Part shown: positions 1 to 13,804 of the stretch, one piece after another
Layout of the letters: every line of letters starts with the position of its first letter
Numbering within the stretch: the stretch's first letter is position 1
DNA from: Lama glama
Taxonomy: Eukaryota
Length of the DNA: 64,000 nucleotides
Direction: 5' to 3'
Assembly: GCA_028534125.1 (NCBI GenBank)
Contig: CM052832.1
Span: forward strand, 20,958,001 to 21,022,000
The notes under the pieces: model-generated
Seen by the model: only the letters and a program-made list of their open reading frames with translations
What the model was told of the DNA's origin: nothing
The model's database searches: none
Made by a program: the position numbers and the translations under genes

Positions 1-1604
1 GTTACTTAAAACCAAAGTGAATCATAAAACCAACGCAACCTAAACAACATACCACTTTCAAGGGGGCCGGTTTCTAGCATGGCAACCACAACCGGTAGGG
101 TCATCACTTAACAGAGACAACTCTTAGGACAGTAAATGCTGTGAAGCCATCTGCCAGATGGACTCTTTGGCATGCACTCTTAATTGACTACAGAAGTATT
201 CTAAGCTTTCATTTCACCAGGTTTGAACTGCACAGAATGTGGAAGGATGATAAACAGCTGACACCCATGGTAAGCTACAGAACACAGGAAGCTAAGATCA
301 CAGTACTGGGGGCACCAACGTACCCACTCACTCCTGCTTCAGCCCTCGCCATAAAGAGTTATCTTAAATGAGGGGGCTTGCCAGGGCCCAGGAGGTAACA
401 GTTCCTTCACCCTAATACTATACATGGGGTCTGGTGTTTAAAAATAGTAGCAACAGAACAAGAAAAACATCTTGACAAAGCAAAAAGCATCATATCAAGC
501 TAACTCACAGCAAACAGTGTTAAGCAAAAGTGTTCACAACCACCAAAGATTTTCAAGAACCATCAGGACCAGTTAAAAACAAAGTATCCTCCAAGTTCAT
601 ATTCAATTTCATATAAGCCCTTGGAGGACGCCTGTCCAGTTGTTCTTTTATTGCCATTAAACTAATTGTGCAGCTTGTAAATTATCACTTATACAATGCT
701 CTACTGGTTAATCTGTAAGTGAAAAACACATGAGTTAGGAAACACTGATCAAACATTGTATGCCTGGAGGGAGCAGGATAGAAACATTAAAACCTATCAT
801 TTTTATATCTTTTTTAAACATACTTTCTACACTTCGCAGCTGTTACTAAGGATGACAAAAATCAGAAATGCAGAGTTTTTTCAAATGGTAAAGGCATTTG
901 GACACCTAGCCAGAGTCAGGCAGTAGATACAGAGATCTGGCAAATGTTAAAGTTACTCTGAAGATACTATAAGGATTCAATTTCATACCAAAAAAAAAAT
1001 TTTACTCACAGCACAAAATATCTCTAGTTGAACAAATTATTCAAAACTTGGGACCGAATACATTCAATAAAGCTGTCAAAGAACAAGGATCCATTGTCTC
1101 TATTCTTTGCCTCAAGGAACTTGGACAGACAGCCACCAGACAGTCTGTTCAGCTCTGTGGTCCTCAAGGGTGAATTTCTGCAGGACAATCTCTAGACTAC
1201 AAAAAGAACTTTAACAAGTAGTTCTGTAACTTAAGACTCCCTGTGTTCAGATTTTATACTAAATTAGTTTCAGTCTGTGGCTGCTTATTACCAAGTCCAC
1301 TTGCCAAAGAGACAACCAGTCAAAATCAGCAGCGCAATGTCATGAATAAATTACAGTTCTTTAGAATATATACTGTGAAACAAGGTTAAATTACAGTAGC
1401 CAATGCTATTACATATACTACAGCAAACAACATAATCCACAGCTGCATAGGTGGAATTAGATCTCTCTCTGAGTTCCCACAGCACACTTCACATACCAGA
1501 ACTTCTTCCAGCAACAAGATCTGGCTACCTTTCATGGCAATAACCCAGTTCAAAATGTTTTAATCCAAATAAACAGATAATTAAGAGCAGATCATCACCA
1601 CTCA

Positions 1605-3180
1605 ACCTCAAGAACTATCATAGAGCTGCAGTAATCAAGACAGTGTGGTCCTGCCTACAGAATAAACAAACAGATCAGTGGAACAGAATAGAGAGTCCAG
1701 AAATAGACCCACATACATACAGTGCAAAACTGGTCTTTGACAAAGGAGTCAAGGCAGCACAATGCACAAAGGGCAGCATTTGCAACGAATGGTGCCAGAA
1801 CTGGACATTCACATAAAATTAACCTAGACACAGCCCTTCACAAAAATTAACTCAAAATGGATCACAGAAAATTTAAATGTAAAATGCATATCTATATACC
1901 TCGTCCTAGAAGATAACATAAAGAGAAAACCTAGATGGCCCTGGGTATGATCATGACTTGTTAGATAGAACACCAAGGCACAGTCCATGAAAAAATTGAT
2001 AAGCTGGGCTTCATTAAGATTAAAAACCTCTGTTAAAAAAAAAAAGATTAAAAACCTCTGCTCTGTCAAAGAAAATGTCACAAGAATGAGAGAAAAAGTC
2101 ATTTGCAAGAGACACACCTGATAAAGGACTGTTAGCCAAAATATACACAGAACTTTTGAAACTCAATAAGAAAACAGCATAATAAAAAATGGGCTAAAGA
2201 TCTTAACAGATGCCTCACCAAAGAAGATATACAAAGAAACATATGAAAAGATAACTCATCATGTGTCATCAAGGAAATGCAAATTAGGACGATGTGATAT
2301 CACTGCACACCCATCTCAATGGCCAAAATCCAGAACACTGACAACACCAATGCTGACGAGGATGCGAAACAACAGGAACTCTCATTCATTGCTGGTTGGG
2401 ACACAAAATGGTACAGCCACTTTTAAGGACAGTTTGACAATTTCTTCCAAAACCATAGATTCTCTTACCGTATGATCCAGCAACCACAGTCCTTGGTATT
2501 TACCGAAAGGAGTTGAATACTTATGTCCACATAAAAGCCTGCACTCAGTTATGACAACTTTATTCACGACTGTCAAAACTTGCAAGCAACCAAGATGCCC
2601 TTCAGTAGGTGAATGGAATAAAGAAGCTATGGTATAATCAGATAATGGACTATTATTCAATTCTAAAAAAAAATAAATAAACGAATAAGCTATCAACCTG
2701 TGAAAAGACACAGAGGAAACTTAAATGCTTATTACTACGGGAAAGAAGCCAAATCTGAAAATGCTAACATATTGTATGATACCAACTCGATTACATTCTG
2801 GAAAAGTGCAAAAAGGCAAAACTATGAGACAGTAAAAAGATTAGTAGTTGCCAGGGGTGGGGAGAAATGAACAGGTGTAAAGTAGAGGATTTTTAGGGCA
2901 GTGAAAATTCTTTGTATACTATAATGATGGATACGTATTATTACACATGTGTCCAAACCTTAAAAGTGTACAATATCAAAAATGAACTATGAACTTTCAG
3001 TGATGATGTGTCAATGTAGGTTTCTCAGATGTACCACTCTGGTGAGAGAATGTTGAAAATGGGGGAGGCTATGCATGTGTGGAGTTCGGGTATATGGAAA
3101 ACCTCTCAATTTTGCTGTGAACCTTAAATTCCTCTAAATAGTCAACTTTTTAAATTATCATAAAAATAAAAGTATTTTAA
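1605..3180 (+). mobile_element. L1 (L1MC1/2-like), ORF2 3' end plus 3' UTR
   Basis: gtaatcaagacagtgtgg...tggaacagaatagagagtccagaaatagaccc (ORF2); 3' UTR aaaaggcaaaactatgagacagtaaaaagatt...gatttttagggcagtgaaa; A-rich end. Confidence 0.92.
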
Positions 3181-3208
3181 AAAATCACTAAAATGACCTT
3201 AAATCCTC

Positions 3209-3420
3209 ATTGTCCAACAAAACTTCCTGCAATAACAGAAATGGTCTGTATCTAAAACTTTCAGCCTGGTCGCCTCCAGTTACAAGCATGTGAAATGTGG
3301 CTCTTCCTAAGGGAGGAACTGAATTTTCAGTTTTATTTAATGTTAGTTGACTTTATTTTAAATTTAAATAGCCACATTTTTATTTAAATGTTAGTTGACT
3401 TTATTTTAAATTTAAATAGA
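3209..3420. mobile_element. MER3/MER33-like hAT-Charlie fragment
   Basis: tgtccaa...tgaaatgtggct...ggaactgaattttcagttttatttaa...aatttaaatagccacat. Confidence 0.75.
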
Positions 3421-4159
3421 CAGAAGGTTCAATTAGTAGGAAAAAATTCATTACTTGAGCCCTGACTCAGCAACCTAGAATAGAAGAAAAATTCTACAAC
3501 TACAATTTCAACTCAATGTCAACAGATCAAACATAGGACAACTCTCAACATCTGAGGCAACTACCCTTAGGAACCAAGGTGAAAGCTACCAGGAGGTATC
3601 AATCCCAAAACATCTATTTTTAAATACTGTGTCTTTTCACTTTTTAATGAAATATATTTTTCATACAATATTAGGATCTACAAGAAAATAAGGCAATGAA
3701 TTATTCTAAAAATGGAAATCAGACTGCCCCATGAGTATTTTGGGAAGGAAACATACAACTGAAACAAATACTCATTTTATCCTATCAGTTTTGTTCATCC
3801 CTCAGTTTGAGAATGAGAAGATGATAGAAAAGACCTTTGTCTAGCACTTTACAGTTTGCCTTCTTGTACCCTGATAGACATAACAGTGAGTTGATTTTGT
3901 CAGGTGTAAACAGCATTTTCACACTTCCTATACTAGTTTGTTTCATTATTATTCAACATTTAATTAAGTCACCACATCAAAAAGATCTGGTAGTGAGTTT
4001 CAGCAAACACACTATACACAGCTAACTACAGACACAGGGGGCTGGACCTGGAGCCCGTAAATAATCCTTTAGGCCAAATGCCTGATATTAACAGAAATGA
4101 GCAGAGGGAAACGACCTGAGATAGTGGTGGAGCACAATTAGAAGCAACTTGATGGTCAC

Positions 4160-4245
4160 TCTAGTACTTGGTGTGACCATGGGGAAGTCACATCTCCTAC
4201 ACCTCAGTTTCCTTATCTGAAAAATGGGGACTGTAATACTGACTT
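4160..4245 (+). mobile_element. MIR SINE fragment
   Basis: tgtgaccatggggaagtcac...cctcagtttccttatctgaaaaatgggg matches the MIR core. Confidence 0.8.
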
Positions 4246-4421
4246 AACTTTCAGTCAGTCCTGGGTAGAATGCTCTGCAGAGAGAGAGCAAATAATACGT
4301 GTGTATTTTAGGAGTCACACTGTGATAGTAAGATTGTCTTTGGTTATTTCAAGTTACAAAAGCTCCAGGACAGTTACCACCCTTAGTCCCAACCCACTCT
4401 TGGCCATGTTTAGACAGGTTA

Positions 4422-4454
<33 letters not shown>

Positions 4455-7400
4455 CGCTGCACAACAGGACATTAACTTCTTTATCACGTAGGACTAACAG
4501 TCCCTTTGATGCATGCTATTCATTCTCTGATGTTCAAGACACACACTGCTGTTTTTAACACAGAGCGAAGGAAATAACCACTTCATTCCCATAGTCTTTC
4601 CAAGCCTTATCAACATGCTGTTTCTATTTCCTCAGACACTGTCAGACATTAGGTCTTCTTTTGGAGGAGAGACTAATGAGGCAAGAAGTGGACCCAAAGG
4701 CACAGACTCTGAAACAAAGTTCAACTTAGAGGCCATCCAGCCTGATTCTCTAATTTTGGTTTTTTTGGAGCCTGGATCCTGGAGGGTAAAACCATTTGCC
4801 CCAAATTTCTCAGAAGTTCTATTCCTGGGCTCCTTCTGTAACAGAACATTGCATCAAAAGCCAACATCAATATTTACTTAGAGCTCAGGGCTTCGATGAT
4901 TCCAGTATCCATTTACTGGGACTTTTTAAGTGATGATGACAATAATTAAATCATATCAAATTATAATATATTCATTAAAAAATGAGTATCAATCATTTAC
5001 TGTCATTAAGGTTATAGTTTTTTTCCCTTAGGACACAAGTGAATGGTATAGGTCAATGATTTAAATGAACCCATGAGAGAATATTTACCTTTGTAAAAAG
5101 CCCCAAAATAATAATATAGAATGATATATAACCCGCTGGATGTTAAAGACAAATGTAATTCCAGCAACCTACTTAGAAAATTACACTTACATCCTTCTCC
5201 TCTTACATGCAATGAAAATCTAAAACCACACTGCCTGCTGCTGTAAAGTGAATGTTCCTTCCACTAAACAAGCTGCCTCCCAAGAAAGTCTAGAAGAAAA
5301 AAAGTCAAGAACCAACAGGGTTCTTACTTGTAAACATCTCTAGTGTAACAAGTTTAGAGGACTCTTGAAAACCACTGACTAAAATACATTTCAGATATCA
5401 ATGATACCATCTTATCTGTCAATGTTTCCCATTACCTGATTCAACTGAACTGACTGCCCATTCATCTTCCAGTAGGGAAACGAGAATGAAACCAGTTTTA
5501 TGTAAAGAATTTTGTGTGTGTGTCTCTCACTAACAGACTCCTTCCCTGCCTGTACATTATACCTTCTCTTTGGTAGCAGGTTCCAGAGTATTCAGATCAT
5601 ACTAGAAATCTCACTCTCCTCTTTCTGATATCTATTATCCAAATTTCAAGTGCATACCATTTCAACAGTGGAAAGAGCACACGCTTTAAAAACAGATACA
5701 TCTAAAAACAAAGCTCCCCACCAACTATTAGCCAAATGAAATAAACTTCAGTTTTCTCTTGCAAAACAGTACAAATTTTATGTCACAGGGTAATTGGAAA
5801 ATTAAATGAGATACTGCATGCAAAACACCAGCACAGTACGTGAAAGTTAGTGCCCAGAAAAATAACAAATATCATCATCTCCAGCAATCAACAGCTACAG
5901 TCATTACTCTTTTTTTTTTTTTCCAAACAAGGGAATAAACCAAATCCTTTCCCTTATGGGGCTTTCAAGCCTAATCAGGGGCCCAACATACTCACAGTGA
6001 CATGGGCAGCATCCTAAGAAGCAGAAGCTACCCACCAAATGAGGGCTGAGCAGAAAAGAGAGAGAAGTTCCAGGGGAGGGAAGGGTCAGTTTTAACTGGA
6101 ATAGCTGGAGATGCTTCCTCGAACAACCAGAGTGAACTGTCAACTGAAGTCCAGCTCAAACTTGTAAATGCCAAGGAGCAGACGGGTCGTTGCTGGCGGG
6201 GACGTGGCTGTGGCAAAGCTAAAATACTGCAGCACAAATGTATCTGGTGGAGCAGGGCAAAGCATTCCCACTTAGATATCACGACTGGAAACTAACTGGA
6301 GTCCAGTCTGGGCAAGCCTGGAACACAGTCTAAGAATTTAAAGCTCATCCTAATGATAACTGGCAAAGCACTGAAACTTCTGCAGCAGCAGAGCAATACA
6401 TACAAAGCGGTGGACTTGGAGGCCAGGAAATGTGGAGGCAGGGGTTGGAGGAGAGGTAACAGAGCCCTGGAGACAAGTTTTCATCCGTGCAGTGGGGGGG
6501 TCAGTGTGCTGTGCTCTACTCTGGTCTAACACACTGGAAGTGAAATGGGAGCGCCTCACACAGTATACAAAGCACGTGCTTATTTGCCCAGTGAACGGGG
6601 AAAAGAAGACAGTGATGCTGCAAGCCTTTCTGGGGTCACACAGAAGCAGGCTAGAGCAGGGCATCGGCCATGCAGAGGCCAAGCCTTTAGCAAGGTTCTA
6701 TCTGTGGTCACTAAAGGAAGCGTTGGGCAGCCTGTGGTAGGATTATAAATAAGGATGAAGGCCCTAGCAATGGAATAGGCAGGATAAGGGCTGGGCAGAG
6801 TTTGGGGCAAGACTGAAAGAAATCCAACGCCAGGAATGTGATGGCCATAACAAAGTGATCCAACAGGAAGAAACACAATTTCAAGGAATTACTCGGGTCT
6901 TCATCATTATCAGCCCAGGGTGATTCTTCTGGGTATAAAACACAAAAGCCTATCAAGATTAGTTCTCATCCCCTACAGGGTCCATCCCCATCCTTAGAAG
7001 CCTCTTCTCCATCCTCTCCCTGCTTGCAGCTGCTTTATATTTTGAATGGCTAAGGGCTGCGTGTGAGAAGGCTGAGAGTTGAGACTCGTAAGCCTTAAGA
7101 AGCTTTCTAAGGCTCCCTCGCTCATTCTAGGCTGAGCAGCCAAGCAGACACAGCCTTTGCTCTTAGGGAGCTCACATTATAATGCAGAATGAGAAAAAGA
7201 ACAGGTTGCAAAAGTTAGACAAATAAATGCAAGATCATGTCGAGAGAGAAAGAGATTTTTAAAAACCCAACTCTAAAGGCCATGTGCTAGACTGTAACAG
7301 AGCGGGGCGAGGCAAGTAGGGGTCCAGCAGGGAAAGAGGAATCTGAGCTGAAAAAGAGGAGCTTTGGGGACAAACATCAAGGAGGAGCTTGTCCTATGAC

Positions 7401-8479
7401 GGGAAAAGAAAGAAACCACTGTTGACAGACATCAAGGAGGAGGGTGGTACCCCCATCGTATGCCAGCACTGAGTGTGCATCGGGCATTCCGCATCTCCTT
7501 CATCTTCCAAGCAGTTCTTTGGGCTGTTACTGCTCACACTTGGTGGGTCAAAAAAATAGGCTCATACAAGTTAAGTAAGCTGCCTGAGGAGAAGAGAGTA
7601 AAAAGGTCATGTCTGACACCCACAGTCCACGAAGTTTTTGACCAAGAGCTTGTCCAGTACGGTAAAAAGAGGAACAGGCCTACAGGAGCGCAGGATGAGG
7701 CCAGCACAGAGGGGACAGTGGCAGGAGCGGGAGGCGGGCACACACAAGGGACAATGCGCAGTTATCATGAGGAAGACCCGGTGGACTAGCCCTGGGGAGG
7801 GATGAGCCAACAAGGCTGGGAGAGGCAGTGCTGTTACCAAAGGCTCAAGAAAGAGGGCTCTGCGGGAGGCCTGGGTTTTAGCCAAAGACAATGAACTTGG
7901 TTTTACAAGTGCTGAGCTGATGGGTGGTAGGCATGCAGGGAACAGCTGGGTAAAGAAATCCTGACAGGTGAGTGGAAATAAGAAACTCAAGTTCCAAAGG
8001 AAGGCTGAGCCTGAGGATGTGGCTCTGGAGTCACTCCACCAACGGGGGTTCGGCAGCATTTCTACGGTTTTCTACGTGGGAGAGTGGTGTTACGTTGGCT
8101 ACAAGAGCAGACTGACATCTTGCCAACCTTCAGGAAACATGCAGGAATTTTCTCTGCTGCCCACCAACATGATTTGCCCCAGAAGCACACACAGAATTCA
8201 GTTTAAGTTAAAGGCCCTACAACACAGACAGACTCACAGCAAAATGACACGTTATTTAGATTCAAATGTGCTGAATAAAAATGCTACGAAATCATGCGGG
8301 CCTTGACTTTTTAATGTTTCTCAATTGATGTCATTAAAACAGAGGAATTAGTCTTGTAATTATTCCCTTATGAGTTCTGCTTTCCGTCTAAAACAAGCAA
8401 GAGTGCTCATTTCTGTTCCCAAACCAACTTATTTGGGGGGAAATTAGATAGGTTAAAGGCAGCAGAAACCAAGTTTCAA

Positions 8480-8820
8480 CACGCACGGGGAGGAGGGGTA
8501 GGGTGGGAGGAAGAAAATGTGTGTCAGGAACGAACAACGTCCTGCCAGCCAGTATTAACGGTGCCTCCATTTGGACTGTGTCGTTTGGCTGATGCAGCGG
8601 TGAGGACAGAGCCTGTCTCCCAGGCTTCAGCGAGCTGCCCTGCTCAGCAATCCAGCACTTCATTAACATGCTAATGTGGGCCCGCTCTGCCGCGCGCAAG
8701 CTCCTCCCTCTGTATCTTTTAAAGTCTCTAGCAAGCCCAGCTAATGCAAGGGACCTAACTGTGGAAAATGACCCAAATGCTAGCTCACACCGTTATTAGT
8801 AAGAAACAATACGCCACTCA
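8480..8820. promoter_or_regulatory. Candidate enhancer
   Basis: Repeat-free CpG cluster (e.g. gcccgctctgccgcgcgc), TAAT/ATTA motifs, G-run element at 8487-8507. Confidence 0.35.
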
Positions 8821-9399
8821 AGAATTTGTTTTCCTCCTATCTTAGGGCTTTGTGGCAGGTCAATCATTCTTTCTGTGAACATCAGTGAGAAAAGAAGCCA
8901 ATTTCTTCTGAAGCAAAAGCAAACCATAGCATTAACTCTACCAGGAAAAACAGACACACACTGAAAGTCAAGGCATTAGAGGTATATGGTGATTACAGGC
9001 ATGGTTTGTTGGTAAAAGTAATGAACTAAGTCAGAAAACCTCATTTCAATTTGAGGTTCTCTCACTGTCTGACTCTGTAATCGTCAGTGAGTCATTTGAC
9101 CTCACTGGGAACTCTTCTTCTTATTTATAGCATGTTGGGATATCTGAGATTACCTTTAAGATTTCTTCTTACACAAATAATCTAAGATCAAAGGATACTG
9201 TTACTGAAACAACGCTGAACCCTCCATTTCTATACGTCAACTATTTCACAATCATTTCTGTGGATTATCTGTCTTATTTGCCTTCATCTTCTATTGACTC
9301 CAACCGCTGACAAGCGTACCTCTATCTTTACGGAGAACAATTTGAAATGTAATAAGGTTCATAATCTGAACTGTAATAAGGTACATAGATGATGGAATA

Positions 9400-10750
9400 G
9401 ATGGAGAAACAGAGAAAGCTCCTAGATGGACTTATTAAAATGATGTTGCTATATCTGTTTTAATTTATAAATTCAAATACATTCCAAACCAAAATTTCAG
9501 TTGTATTTGAGGGACGTAACAGAAGTTAAGATTCATATGGAAAAATAGAGCTTGCAGATACCTAAGTCCACTCTGAAAAAGAGCAATAAGGAAGATTTAC
9601 TCTGCTCGATGTTGGAATATAAGACCGAGCTCTGGTAACAAAACAGCATGAACTGTGGTTACAAGGCAAAGGGACCAATGGAGCATAAGAGTGGCATCCA
9701 CTGCCCAGGAAACAAGAACCATCATATGGAAAAATAAAACTGGACACCTGCCCACTAGCAAGTGCACAAATGGACTCTCAATGGGTCAGAGACCTAAATG
9801 CCAAAAGGTAAAACTTTAAGTATAATAGATAATAGAAATTTTATGACAGAGGGATAGGGAATAATTTACTTCACAAAGCCCCCAAAGTAAAATCTTGATG
9901 AACTAAATTACATTAAAGATTTAGATTTTTCACTCACTAAAAGAACACAATGGACAAAGTAATAGAAAAATGGCAAGCTAGGAGATTTGTGAAGTCTAAA
10001 AGCAGCTAGGGACTAGCTGGGATATATAAAGATCTTATGTAAATCAACAGGAAAAATACAGAAACTTCCAGTGGACAAATGTGTAATAAATCTGAAGGGG
10101 GAATTTACAGAAGTGAAAAAAAGAATCTTAAAGATAGCAACATATAAAGAGATGATCAAATTCATCTGTCAGATAAAAGCAACAAAAAGATAGCACTGTA
10201 CACCCACTATACAGAAACAGGGAAAACTGGAAAACGTACTAATGCTAAGTATTGGAGGGAATGTGGGTATATAAACGTTCACACTGCTGGTGGCAGTGTG
10301 GACTGGTGAATCATTGTGGAGGTTAATCTGAGAGTACTTAGTGAAATCATACTCTTTTACACTATCTGAGCTGTGGACGTATGCCCCTCAGCCCAGCAAT
10401 TCTAGTATTTGTCTAGAGCCCAAATAAAAACTCTTGGTATTTTCCAGTAGGAGCCTTGTCTGAGGCTGTTCACAGCAGCCCTGTTAGTGGGGAGAGAAGA
10501 TGAAGACAGCGTGGATGTTCATCCTTGTCCCAGGAGCTCTGTAACATGCTAGGAGCACTGAGTGCGATGGGTTAGGTGTACACGTAGCAATATTCATGGA
10601 CCTTAAACCAATGCTGAGTGGAGAAAATAACAAAATAAGATCTATAACATATTTACATAAATTAAAATGCAAGCACAAGAAATTCAAAATATGAAATTAC
10701 GGGTATCTTACAAGAACACATTCACTGACAAACACATACATTTTGAAAAT
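9400..10750 (+). mobile_element. Old L1 (L1ME-like), ORF2 end and 3' UTR
   Basis: Degenerate ORF2 motifs: aatttataaattcaaatacattcca, attcatatggaaaa, agacctaaatg, cactgctggtggcagtgtggactgg. Confidence 0.8.
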
Positions 10751-11149
10751 TGTGTTTCTGAATGAACAGAACTGGGGATAGAGGGTACTGTCCCAATGCC
10801 AGCATGCCTGAGTGCACAAACACAAGTAGGGCCTGGGGAAAAGGTGTGTTTATACGTGTGTGTATGTGTGTATACACGTACCAAAAGTTTTACAGAATAA
10901 CATTCTTATTACATGTAAAGTACTCCATTTATATTTTTTTCCTATTTTTAATGCTAATCTCTATCTTCTAAATTGATCGCATTAACCTATGGGGTTACAA
11001 CTTTCGATTTTGAGGCACAGATCTAGCTGATAATAAGAGCATTATAGTGAGTTTCTGGGATATAATAGTAAGGCCACACATTCATTAAAAACCGAAGCAT
11101 AGAAAGCAGAATCAAGAAAATGCCTCTCTTGTGCTGCCTTGTCCCAGAG

Positions 11150-11310
11150 ACTCACATTCACAGGGAATTACTGCGAGTCCCGGCCGCTCCTTGTCACGTG
11201 ATCTGGACCTTCGCAGCACTTCCTGAGAGTGAACTTTTCACCCCTACTTCAGCCCTGGCTCGTCTGCCTAAGAAAAACTAAAACAGGAAATGATGCGCCA
11301 CTTGCTAAAG
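11150..11310. promoter_or_regulatory. Candidate enhancer with E-box and ETS motifs
   Basis: GTCACGTGAT at 11193-11202, ACAGGAAAT at ~11283, several CpGs. Confidence 0.35.
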
Positions 11311-11372
11311 TATAAAGGGATATTTTAAAACATAAAGGAAGGTTTTAAAACATTCTTTAAACACAATTATAC

Positions 11373-11392
11373 GTGTGTGTGTGTGTGTGTGT
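11373..11392. repeat. (GT)n microsatellite
   Basis: Direct observation. Confidence 0.95.
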
Positions 11393-12799
11393 ACAAAAAA
11401 AAACACAACAGTAAATAGAAAAAAAAAATTAGGTCCTTCTCTTGGACATGGAAAGTTTGGGAAGATATGAAACGGGCAGACGTGCTAAGGACCAAAATAA
11501 TAAAACAAAAGCCTTGGAAACAGGAGTTAAGTTACACAGACTTAAGGAGAGCAGGAAGCTAAGTCAGAGTAGGAGGAGAAATCTGCCTAAGAGACTAGAA
11601 AAGTCCGTCAGTCCTTCCCATTTGTAGCTCAATAATTAAAAATTAAAAGTAAACAAAAACTTACATTCCAAATCAACTGAAAATTGTCTTTTGAGAGCAG
11701 CTTTAGATCTTCCTTATATCAGGAAGTCTTACCAGAAAACACATTTACTGGATCAGTGCTGAAAATAGTCATTTTAAAGAATTTAAATAGGGTTAGACAC
11801 TTCTGGGCTAAATGAGGTTTAAAAAAAAAAATGACAATGAGGAGCAGGACACAGAACTTTTGTTTCTTCCTTTGCAGCTGCACCCAAGGTCAGAGAGGAG
11901 AAGGTGCAGACAGGTTTAGAAACAGACCATCACCCCTCTCTACAGACATAGAGGCCACAGAATTCTAAAGTTCCCCCCACCCCCAGCCCCACACATACAC
12001 CCTTGGAGACACTGTTCCCTGGAGGGTAACATTTGTGCAAGGATACCCAGGAACTGGTGTATGAGCTTGCATTTGAAGTCAGCATCTACCTAGGGCCATA
12101 ATCAACTACTCAGAGAACAGAATTAAGAAGAGGCATTATGAAGGCGTAACAAAAATCTAAAAATAGCTGGGTTCCAAAGAATCCATGTAACAAAAGACAC
12201 CTGGAGAAGAAATGTAGTTCATACAAAAAGAGGAATGGCTTCTGACCTGTCGGGTAGAAAAAAGGTTAAGAGCTAGCTATGCAGGTAGGGTAGGAGGAAA
12301 GGGAGGAAAGCTAATTAACTGTAATAGGTTCATTAAAAAGAGATGGACACAGAGGAAACACAATTGTCCAAGTATATTTACCGGTTACTGGTCCCTGACT
12401 CACAGGTGTTTACAAAGTGCAAAAATACACATGTCATGTTAAAGATAAAGACCTGCTACTTTCAATTTTGATGAAAATAATGGCAAGAGAACAGCAACCC
12501 TGAAAGCTACCATTCACTGGAAAGGCTCTTTATGATATATAATTGCTGACACTTACAACAATTCTCTAAGGTGAGTGATATCCCCGTTTACAGATGGAGG
12601 AACAGATCACCATAGATGCTCAAGGGTTACGCAGGAAGAAGTAAGTGGCAGAGCCAAGACTTAACCCCAAGCATTCTTACTTTGAAATGTCTTTTCCTTA
12701 AACATACTGACTCTAAAAAGCACACATGAATGAGAAATCAAGTGCCTCATGTGAAAGAATTTCCTCCCTTCCGAAAGACTAAAATGGGTTAAGTTCCGA

Positions 12800-12950
12800 A
12801 AGTGTAAACCACGAATGTTAATATCCTGGTTTTGATTATTTTACTATGGTATTCAAGGTATCACTTCAGGGAACTTAGGTGAAGGGTCATGGGAATCTTA
12901 CTATTTTGCACCTTCTTGTAACCTAAAATTATTTTTAAATAAATTTTTAA
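12800..12950 (+). mobile_element. L1 3' terminal fragment
   Basis: aatgttaatatcctggttttgat...ggtgaaggg...ctattttgca...cttgtaacctaaaattatt. Confidence 0.65.
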
Positions 12951-13008
12951 AGAATTAATGAGAATGATCCTTCTGGAAGGTTAGCTAGCTTCTTTTTTCC
13001 TTTGGAAA

Positions 13009-13345
13009 CAGTTGTTCCCCCGTGTCCACTGGTTCTGAATCCACAGATTCAACCAAGTATATATCGAATATCTTCAGGAAAAAAATTCAAGGAAGTTCCA
13101 AAAGGCAAAATTTGAATTTGCTGCATGCCTGGCAACTATTTACATAAGATTTACACTGCATTTACAACTATTTACATTATTACATTTACATTGGATTATA
13201 TAGTATAAGGAATCTAGAGATGACAAAGTATTAGGGGAGAATGTTATATGCAAATACTATACCATTTCATAAAAGGGACTGGAGCATCCAGGTATTTTGG
13301 TATCTGGGGGAGTCTTGCAAACACTCCCCTGTGAATACCAATGGA
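13009..13345. mobile_element. Tigger3a-like TcMar-Tigger DNA transposon
   Basis: cagattcaacc...gaagttccaaaaggcaaaatttgaatttgctgc...atgcaaatactataccattt...gggactggagcatcc. Confidence 0.85.
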
Positions 13346-13804
13346 TCAAGAAATATCAATGTATCTTCATATATGGTAATATTTGAGACATACTCCATAA
13401 CACAAATACATATCTGAGATATATATAGGAGTTGAATATGTATTTCTTTTGGACATTTTTTTCCAAAGCTAATTCCCAGTTGTCTGCAGTGACCTACATA
13501 CCACAAGAAATGAAATACTGAATCCCTTCTACTCCCATTCAATATTAATAAAGTTTCATTAAATACTTATTACCACATGGTACCATACTCTCTCTTCTAT
13601 ACAAGTTCACATATTCCCAGGTCTTTCATTTCTGTCCATCATGTTTACATACAGAAACCAGGGAAATTGAGCTATCAGATACACCTAAATTGAATGTCAT
13701 GAGAATGCTTAGCCAACATTAAAAAGGATGTTTGGTAAGAAACTTACCTTTTGCCCTTAAGAATTACTGAGCCCCTTTTTTTTCCAGTGAAGACAATTTT
13801 CGAA

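Noticed and set aside
7460..8306. Overlapping 110-150 aa ORFs
   Set aside because: No recognisable domains, composition typical of chance ORFs, partly in degenerate repeat-like sequence.
13742..13800. Perfect minus-strand donor AAG|GTAAGT
   Set aside because: No matching acceptor; upstream sequence runs into a MIR, so probably cryptic.
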